From positions 4,450 through 68,449 of the forward strand of contig CAZFZT010000001.1 of NCBI GenBank assembly GCA_964523675.1: a stretch of DNA of 64,000 nt. The letters run 5' to 3'. Origin of the DNA: an uncultured Isosphaeraceae bacterium (lineage in GTDB: Bacteria; Planctomycetota; Phycisphaerae; Phycisphaerales; SM1A02). This document shows, in pieces, positions 58,071-64,000 of the stretch. The notes below the pieces were generated by a model that saw only the letters and a program-made list of their open reading frames with translations, was not told the origin of the DNA and searched no databases. Numbering within the stretch: the first letter of the stretch is position 1; every line of letters starts with the position of its first letter. A program made the position numbers and the translations under genes.

Positions 58071-59183
58071 ATGAAGGTCATCTGCGATCGTGCTGCTCTC
58101 CAGGAAGCCGTCAACCTCGTCGCGGGCGTCGTGGTCGGGCGGACCCCGACCCCTGTACTCCAGTGCGTGAAGCTCTCTGCCAAGGGAGGCGCATTGACGC
58201 TTGCCGCCACGGATCTTGAAGTCGGGCTGCGCCTCTCTGTGGATCAGGTTGATGTGCAGAAGGAGGGGGAGGCGCTCATCCCGTCAGACAAGCTCACACA
58301 AATCGTTCGCGCTTCTGACGACCCGACACTCACGCTCGAAACCGACGATGATGCCATGCACATCCGAGGGGCAGATGCGCACTACAAGGTGTACGGCTTT
58401 GATCCGAAAGAGGCGCCCGCAGTGCGTGAGTTCGGTGATGCCAAGGTCGATTGCGAGATTTCATCGGATATCCTGCACGCGCTCATCAGCCGCACGCTTT
58501 TCGCCGCCGCTGCCGAATACAGTCGTTACGCCATCAACGGCGTGCTGTACGACAGGGACGGCAAGAAACTACGTCTGGTCGCCACCGACGGTCGGCGGCT
58601 CGCACTTGCTGTGGGCTCCTGCAAGGCCAAGGAAGGAAAATCATCGTGCATCATCCCGACCAAAGCGCTCAATCTCATCAATCGCCTTATCTCGGACGGT
58701 GAGGTGCCGGTGAAAGTGGCCATCGAAAAGAACCAGGTTATTGTCGCAGTGGGGGAGGGCGCCGATGCCGCAGTGCTCTCGAGCAATCTGATCGAAGGCG
58801 CATTCCCTCCGTTTGAGGACGTGATCCCACGCGACCTTGATAAGAAGGCGAGCTTCGATGCGCAGACACTCGCCAGCGCCATTCGCCGGGCTGCGCTGCT
58901 CACCAACGAAGAATCCAAGGGCGTGCGGATGAGTTTCGATAAGAAGACGCTCACCCTCACCAGCCGAGCGCCGGAAATGGGTGAGGCCGAGATTCATCTT
59001 GACCTCTCCAATTATGAGGGCGATGCTCTGGAGATCGGCTTCAATCCGAGTTACATCACCGATGCGCTCAAGGTCGTGGACAGCCGCGATGTCATTTTCG
59101 AGTTCAAGGCGCCGAACAAGCCCGGTGTCATCCGCACGGGTCAGGATTTCACGTATGTCGTGATGCCTGTCAACCTGCAGTGA
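58071..59183 (+). CDS. dnaN: DNA polymerase III beta sliding clamp
   Basis: MKVICDRAALQEAVNLV...PVLQCVKLSA..G.LTLAATDLEV, YAINGVL, LVATDGRRLA, three-domain length of 370 aa. Confidence 0.9.
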   Translation: MKVICDRAALQEAVNLVAGVVVGRTPTPVLQCVKLSAKGGALTLAATDLEVGLRLSVDQVDVQKEGEALIPSDKLTQIVRASDDPTLTLETDDDAMHIRGADAHYKVYGFDPKEAPAVREFGDAKVDCEISSDILHALISRTLFAAAAEYSRYAINGVLYDRDGKKLRLVATDGRRLALAVGSCKAKEGKSSCIIPTKALNLINRLISDGEVPVKVAIEKNQVIVAVGEGADAAVLSSNLIEGAFPPFEDVIPRDLDKKASFDAQTLASAIRRAALLTNEESKGVRMSFDKKTLTLTSRAPEMGEAEIHLDLSNYEGDALEIGFNPSYITDALKVVDSRDVIFEFKAPNKPGVIRTGQDFTYVVMPVNLQ

Positions 59184-59401
59184 CGGACTTCGAGGATGAC
59201 GCCCACTTGTGGTGACCCCAATGAAGGCACCAGGCCGAGGCGTGAGCGAGCATGACGTTCGTCTCGCTCGCGCGCGGAGATCGCGTGGCTGCCGTGGGCT
59301 GGAGTCTTTGCGAGTCGCTCAAGCAAGTTCGGAAAGAAGCGCGCGATCCGCCGCTCTGATCGGCTCGTATGAACTGGTCGCATCGATGGATTGGGCCGAT
59401 C

Positions 59402-60751
59402 ATGAGCACCATGCCCGCTTCAACTTCTTCCTCACCCGCCGACGAACTGCGCACGCGCATAGAGAGCAAGACTGCGCTCATCGCCGTCGTTGGCCTGGGC
59501 TATGTGGGTCTGCCGCTGGTGCGCGCGGTGCATGAGGCGGGCTACCGCGTGCTCGGCTACGACATCGACCCGGCGAAGATCCAGCGGTTGCGACGAGGCG
59601 AAACGTACCTCAAGCATCTTGGCGATGATCTTGCGCAGGCGCTCGCAGCTTCAGATCGCTTTGAAGCCACGGATGAATCATCGCGACTCGCTGAAGCCGA
59701 TGTCATCATCCTGTGCGTGCCGACTCCGCTGGGCGAACACCGCGAACCGGACCTGAGTTATGTTCTGAACTCGACGCGCATGGTGGCGCGCACGCTGCGC
59801 AACGGGCAACTCGTCGTGCTGGAGTCGACAACCTATCCCGGCACGACGCGCAGCGAGATGCTGCCGATTCTGAGTGAGTCAAACCTCACCTTCGGCAGCG
59901 ATTTCTTTCTGGCGTATTCGCCTGAACGCGAAGATCCCGGCCGAAAGGATGCCACGACGCGCACCGTTGCCAAGCTCGTCGGCGGCGTCGATGAGCCGTC
60001 AACCGATCTTGCGATGACGCTCTACTCGCAAGTGGTGGATCATGCGCACCGTGTGTCGTCGGCCGAGGTCGCAGAGGCGGCGAAACTGCTCGAGAACGTC
60101 TTCCGCGCGGTCAACATCGCGCTGGTGAACGAACTCAAGATGCTCCTCGACGCAATGGGCATCGACGTGTGGGAAGTGATTGCTGCGGCTTCGACCAAGC
60201 CGTTCGGCTTCATGCCGTTTCACCCGGGGCCGGGCCTTGGCGGACACTGCATCCCCATTGATCCCTTCTATCTGGCGTGGAAGGCGAAGGAAGTAGGTCA
60301 GCCGACGAAATTCATTGAGCTTGCCGGCGAAATCAACTCGCTCATGCCGGGGTATGTCATTTCTCGAATCGCAGCTGCCCTCAACGAGGAGCAGAAATCG
60401 ATCAAGGGTTCGAAGATTCTCATCATTGGCATCGCGTACAAGCCGGATGTTGACGACATTCGCGAGAGCCCCGCAGCGGTGATCATCGAGTTGCTGCGCG
60501 ATGCAGGCGGGGAGGTGTCGTACCATGATCCGCACATTCCGCAGTTTCCATCGATGCGCAAACACGAAATTGACCTGCGCTCGGTGCCGCTGGACGAGAA
60601 GACGCTTGCGCAGCAGGACTGTGTGGTGATCGTAACGAACCATTCAACGGTGGATTACATGCTGATCGGCCGATCGGCAACATTGATCGTGGACACCCGC
60701 AATGTGATGGCGGCGGTGGGCAACACTGCCGCCCGCATTGTGAAGGCCTAG
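59402..60751 (+). CDS. Nucleotide-sugar dehydrogenase (UDP-N-acetyl-hexosamine 6-dehydrogenase family, WecC/WbpA/TviB-like)
   Basis: VVGLGYVGLPL Rossmann motif, VLESTTYPGTT, catalytic GGHCIPIDP, C-terminal UDP-binding domain (GIAYKPDVDDIRESP). Confidence 0.85.
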   Translation: MSTMPASTSSSPADELRTRIESKTALIAVVGLGYVGLPLVRAVHEAGYRVLGYDIDPAKIQRLRRGETYLKHLGDDLAQALAASDRFEATDESSRLAEADVIILCVPTPLGEHREPDLSYVLNSTRMVARTLRNGQLVVLESTTYPGTTRSEMLPILSESNLTFGSDFFLAYSPEREDPGRKDATTRTVAKLVGGVDEPSTDLAMTLYSQVVDHAHRVSSAEVAEAAKLLENVFRAVNIALVNELKMLLDAMGIDVWEVIAAASTKPFGFMPFHPGPGLGGHCIPIDPFYLAWKAKEVGQPTKFIELAGEINSLMPGYVISRIAAALNEEQKSIKGSKILIIGIAYKPDVDDIRESPAAVIIELLRDAGGEVSYHDPHIPQFPSMRKHEIDLRSVPLDEKTLAQQDCVVIVTNHSTVDYMLIGRSATLIVDTRNVMAAVGNTAARIVKA

Positions 60752-60754
60752 CCA

Positions 60755-60839
60755 CATAGCCCCGGCCTTGGCCGGGGGATCGGCATTGCTAAGCGGTGCG
60801 TGCCAATTGTTCGATCACCCCGGCCAAGGCCGGGGCTAT
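60755..60839. repeat. Two inverted copies of a GC-rich palindromic unit (REP-like); probable bidirectional terminators
   Basis: ATAGCCCCGGCC-TT-GGCCGGGG (hairpin 60760-60777) and CCCCGGCC-AA-GGCCGGGGCTAT (hairpin 60818-60835). They lie between two convergent stop codons. Confidence 0.75.
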
Positions 60840-60844
60840 ATGAG

Positions 60845-62365
60845 TTAGCCGCCGCCTGCGCCAGAGGCACCCGGTTCGGTCATTGCGCGTGCATCCAGCA
60901 GCGCATCGAGGCGTTTGGGCTCGATGAGTTTGTGCTCCAGCACATACTCGCGCACGGTCTGACCGGTTTTGAACGCGCTCTTGGCGACCTCCGCCGCCTT
61001 GTCGTAGCCGATCTCCGGCGCGAGACTCGTGCACATCATCAGCGACTTCTCAACCATTCCCGTCGCGATGTCTTTGTTGACTTCCAAACCGTCGAGGCAC
61101 TTGTCCACGAACATCTGCGATGCGTTTGCGAGCAGAGTGATCGACTCGATCAGGTTGTCAGCCATCATCGGCATGGCGACGTTGAGATCGAGCAGCGACC
61201 CGACACCGCCCATGCCGCCCATGGTGATCGCTGCATCATTGCCGACGACCTGACACGCCACCTGCATGAGTGATTCGCAGATGACGGGGTTCACCTTGCC
61301 GGGCATGATCGACGAGCCGGGCTGCATCGCAGGCAAGGACAACTCGAACAACCCGCAGCGCGGCCCCGAACCGAGCAGGCGAATGTCGCTTGCGATCTTC
61401 GAAAGCGCGACAGCAATGGTTTTCAAATGGCCGCTTGCTTCGACGACGCAGTCGCGCGTCGCCTGCGCTTCGAAATGATTCGGCGCTTCCTTGAAGTCGA
61501 CTTTCGTTCGCTGCTTCAAGCGCTTCGCGACCATCGAGCCGAATTTCGGATGGGTATTGATGCCGGTGCCGACGGCCGTGCCGCCGATGGGCAAATTCTC
61601 CGCCAGCCGTTGCATGGCGCGCTCGGCCCGCAGCACCGAGTACTCCGCCGCAGCTGCGTACCCGGAGAACTCCTGGCCAAGACGTATCGGCGTCGCATCC
61701 ATCAGATGTGTGCGGCCAATCTTGACGATCGAATCCCACTTTCTCGCCTTCGAGGCAAGGGCCTTCTGCAGATTCTTCAATGCAGGAATGAGTTGCTCAT
61801 TGATCGCAATTGCTGCGGCAACCTGCATGGCTGTCGGAAACGTGTCGTTCGACGACTGTCCCATGTTGACGTGGTCATTCGGATGAACGACATCTCTGGA
61901 GCCAATGGCCTTTCCGGAGTACCTGGCAACGAGGTTGGCGACGACCTCGTTGACGTTCATGTTCGTGGATGTACCCGAGCCGGTCTGGAAGATGTCGATG
62001 GGGAAGTGCTCCATCATGGCAGAGGCATCCTGGGATCGAGTCGTTGAGGCATTGGGTGCCTCGCCGGCCCTTTGTCCTGATGCCTTGCTGCCTTGATGCC
62101 TCGTGCCCTTCGCAACCTCATCACACGCCTTCACGATCAACTTCGCGCGCTTCTGATCGAGCTTCTTCAACTGCAGGTTCGTCTCAGCGCACGCGCCTTT
62201 GAGCAGTGCGAACGCATGAATCACCTCCGGCGGCACCGGCCTTCCCGAAACCGGAAAGTTCAGCACCGCGCGCTGCGTCGTCGCGCCGTAGAGGACGTGT
62301 GAGGGAACGGTCATTTCACCCATTGAATCGCGCTCGATGCGCGTTTTTGCAGAAGTCTTTGCCAT
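60845..62365 (-). CDS. fumC: Class II fumarate hydratase
   Basis: ERDSMGEMTVP, FPIDIFQTGSGTSTNMNVNEV, VHPNDHVN.GQSSND.FPTA, signature GSSIMPGKVNP. Contains a ~28-aa insertion relative to E. coli FumC. Confidence 0.85.
   Translation of the reverse strand: MAKTSAKTRIERDSMGEMTVPSHVLYGATTQRAVLNFPVSGRPVPPEVIHAFALLKGACAETNLQLKKLDQKRAKLIVKACDEVAKGTRHQGSKASGQRAGEAPNASTTRSQDASAMMEHFPIDIFQTGSGTSTNMNVNEVVANLVARYSGKAIGSRDVVHPNDHVNMGQSSNDTFPTAMQVAAAIAINEQLIPALKNLQKALASKARKWDSIVKIGRTHLMDATPIRLGQEFSGYAAAAEYSVLRAERAMQRLAENLPIGGTAVGTGINTHPKFGSMVAKRLKQRTKVDFKEAPNHFEAQATRDCVVEASGHLKTIAVALSKIASDIRLLGSGPRCGLFELSLPAMQPGSSIMPGKVNPVICESLMQVACQVVGNDAAITMGGMGGVGSLLDLNVAMPMMADNLIESITLLANASQMFVDKCLDGLEVNKDIATGMVEKSLMMCTSLAPEIGYDKAAEVAKSAFKTGQTVREYVLEHKLIEPKRLDALLDARAMTEPGASGAGGG
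62022..62107. repeat. Octamer-periodic imperfect palindrome inside fumC
   Basis: GAGGCATC CTGGGATC GAGTCGTT GAGGCATT GGG... / CCTGATGC CTTGCTGC CTTGATGC CTCGTGCC. GAGGCATC (62022-62029) pairs perfectly with GATGCCTC (62095-62102). Inner hairpin GAGGCA-TTGGG-TGCCTC at 62046-62062. Confidence 0.7.
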
Positions 62366-62449
62366 AAGAGAAGAATATCACAGAAGCCGTAACCTGCCAT
62401 TTGTCGCCGGCCCAACCGCGGGCTTCCGCCACGCGGCTACTGGTACGCT

Positions 62450-63367
62450 TCACCGCTGCGACAGCTCCGCCAGCCGCGCCAGCCGCGCGGGCTCGATCCA
62501 TGGGTCGTCCTTCAACTGCTCATGCGCCACTGCGAAGTGTGGGCCGGCCTCGTCGCTTCGCCCCAGCGCGTGCAAGCACTCCGCAATCTCTTCATGCACG
62601 AAGCCGTCTTTCTCACCTGCACGCTGCAACTCATCGCGCAACTGCATCTGCTGCGCCAGGGCCTCGTCGATTCTGTTCATCGAACGCAAGCAGCGACCAA
62701 CGCACCAGCGCGCGATGCGCGCCTCCCGCGGCTGATTCTGCTCAAGACGCGCTGCGAGCGCCTGCTCAAAGTGCTGCATGGCCGATTCATAGTCGCCGCG
62801 GTCATGATGCGTCCAGCCGAGGTTGTTGTGCAGCGAGCCGCGCCAGCGGCGAGCGCGGGGATCGCTCGATGAATCTGCAAGTTCGATCGCGCGGTGGTTC
62901 CACTCGATGGCCTCATTGCCCGCCCCACTTGCGATCGCCACCATGTGCGCTGCATCAACGGCCAGGGCATCGAGCTGAATCGACACCGCCTCACGCCATG
63001 CCTGCTCAAACACCGGCCGTGCCTGTTCGCGCTTGCCTGAGGAGTTGAGCACCCGGCCTCGCTCCAGCAGCAGCCGCACGCGCACCCGGCCGCGATGCTC
63101 CTCGTCCAGATCGCTCAGCGACTGCTCAACATCATCAAGCAACACATGCGCATCGTCGAAGCGCTTCTGCAAGCCCATTGCTCTCGCGTGTTGCGTCAAT
63201 AGAGCCATACGTCGGCCTTCGTCGCCGACCTTCATCGCTCTGACTTCCGCTTCGCGAAAACGCGCTTGGCTTGCGGCAGGGTCGCTGAAGTCCCAGAGTT
63301 CTGCGATCTGATCGTCGACGGGTATAGACATTGCTCCCATCATGGAGCGAGCGACGCGATGCCGCAA
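62450..63367 (-). CDS. Tetratricopeptide-repeat protein
   Basis: Repeated 34-aa helical pattern (e.g. NNLGWTHHDRGDYESAMQHFEQALA). Confidence 0.7.
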   Translation of the reverse strand: MRHRVARSMMGAMSIPVDDQIAELWDFSDPAASQARFREAEVRAMKVGDEGRRMALLTQHARAMGLQKRFDDAHVLLDDVEQSLSDLDEEHRGRVRVRLLLERGRVLNSSGKREQARPVFEQAWREAVSIQLDALAVDAAHMVAIASGAGNEAIEWNHRAIELADSSSDPRARRWRGSLHNNLGWTHHDRGDYESAMQHFEQALAARLEQNQPREARIARWCVGRCLRSMNRIDEALAQQMQLRDELQRAGEKDGFVHEEIAECLHALGRSDEAGPHFAVAHEQLKDDPWIEPARLARLAELSQR

Positions 63368-63401
63368 GTCCGATTCGATGCGCGCTCAGCTGCAATCGGC
63401 T

Positions 63402-64000
63402 TCAGATGGTCGATTCGGTGACGCGCAGCACTTCTTCGACGGTGGTGATGCCGAGGCCGACCTTGCGCATGCCGTCGTCACGCAGCGACACCATGCCGCG
63501 CTCCTTGCACGTGCGACGAAACTCGGTGACGTTGGGATTGCGCGCGATGGCGTCACGCGTATGGTCGTCGAGCACGAGCAATTCATAAAGTCCATTGCGG
63601 CCGGAGTAGCCGGTCTCGCGGCAGCGCTGACACCCCTTACCGTGCTTCACCACCTTTTGATTGATACCGTGCATCGTGAGGAACTCTGCGAGGTCGGATT
63701 TGATTTCCACATCCTGCTTGCAATGCTCGCAGATTTTTCGAACCAGCCGCTGCGCGAGTACAGAATTCACGGCTGCGCCGACCAGGAACGGTTCGATACC
63801 GATGTTGATCAGTCGCGTGATCGACGACGGCGCATCATTCGTGTGGAGCGTCGAAAGCACAAGGTGGCCTGTGAGCGCGGCCTGGATGGCGATCGTCGCG
63901 GTCTCCATATCGCGGATTTCACCGAGCATGATGACGTCGGGGTCCTGTCGCAGCAGCGCCTTGAGCGCTTTGGCGAACGTCATGCCGATGCGCTCGTGCG
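63402..64000 (-). CDS. Type II secretion / type IV pilus assembly ATPase (GspE/PilB family); N-terminus outside the window
   Basis: [29 protein letters not shown], tetracysteine CEHC...[16 protein letters not shown]. Confidence 0.88.
   Translation of the reverse strand, partial: HERIGMTFAKALKALLRQDPDVIMLGEIRDMETATIAIQAALTGHLVLSTLHTNDAPSSITRLINIGIEPFLVGAAVNSVLAQRLVRKICEHCKQDVEIKSDLAEFLTMHGINQKVVKHGKGCQRCRETGYSGRNGLYELLVLDDHTRDAIARNPNVTEFRRTCKERGMVSLRDDGMRKVGLGITTVEEVLRVTESTI

Noticed and set aside
59244-59269. Hairpin GAGCGAG-N12-CTCGCTC downstream of dnaN as a terminator
   Set aside because: It has a 12-nt loop and no U-tract, and it lies 60 nt past the stop codon. This is too weak to call.

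Overview
GC-rich bacterial chromosomal segment, densely packed with about 60 protein genes and 3 tRNAs (Ala-GGC, Leu-GAG, Ala-CGC). Content is mostly housekeeping. Recognisable genes: lpxD, ndh, ybeY, thyA, gcvH, atpC-like, scpB, smpB, queE, queD, a UbiD-family decarboxylase, kdsC, mutY, hemW-like, yraN, pdxA, folA, purC, guaB, efp, dnaN, fumC and a partial GspE/PilB-type ATPase. All protein calls come from motif recognition in the ORF translations; no database search was possible. The gene mix suggests a Planctomycetota-like organism: an ECF sigma factor next to Ser/Thr kinases, giant single-anchor envelope proteins, a sulfotransferase, and LPS/outer-membrane genes. That assignment is inference only. 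I saw no transposase, integrase, phage genes, CRISPR array, rRNA or obvious defence island. Three things stand out. (1) A family of short-period (7-8 nt) degenerate tandem arrays, often arranged as inverted arms. They occupy several intergenic regions and are also inserted in frame in conserved genes: guaB, fumC, a giant Lpt-like protein and the C-terminus of a DNA methyltransferase. (2) kdsC is followed by a 1121-aa membrane-anchored protein that looks like many tandem OstA/LptA-LptC-like modules, possibly an elongated LPS-transport bridge. (3) An ECF sigma factor is bracketed by two unusual Ser/Thr kinases, one carrying four tandem zinc ribbons. Many long ORFs antisense to real genes are GC-content artefacts and were rejected.
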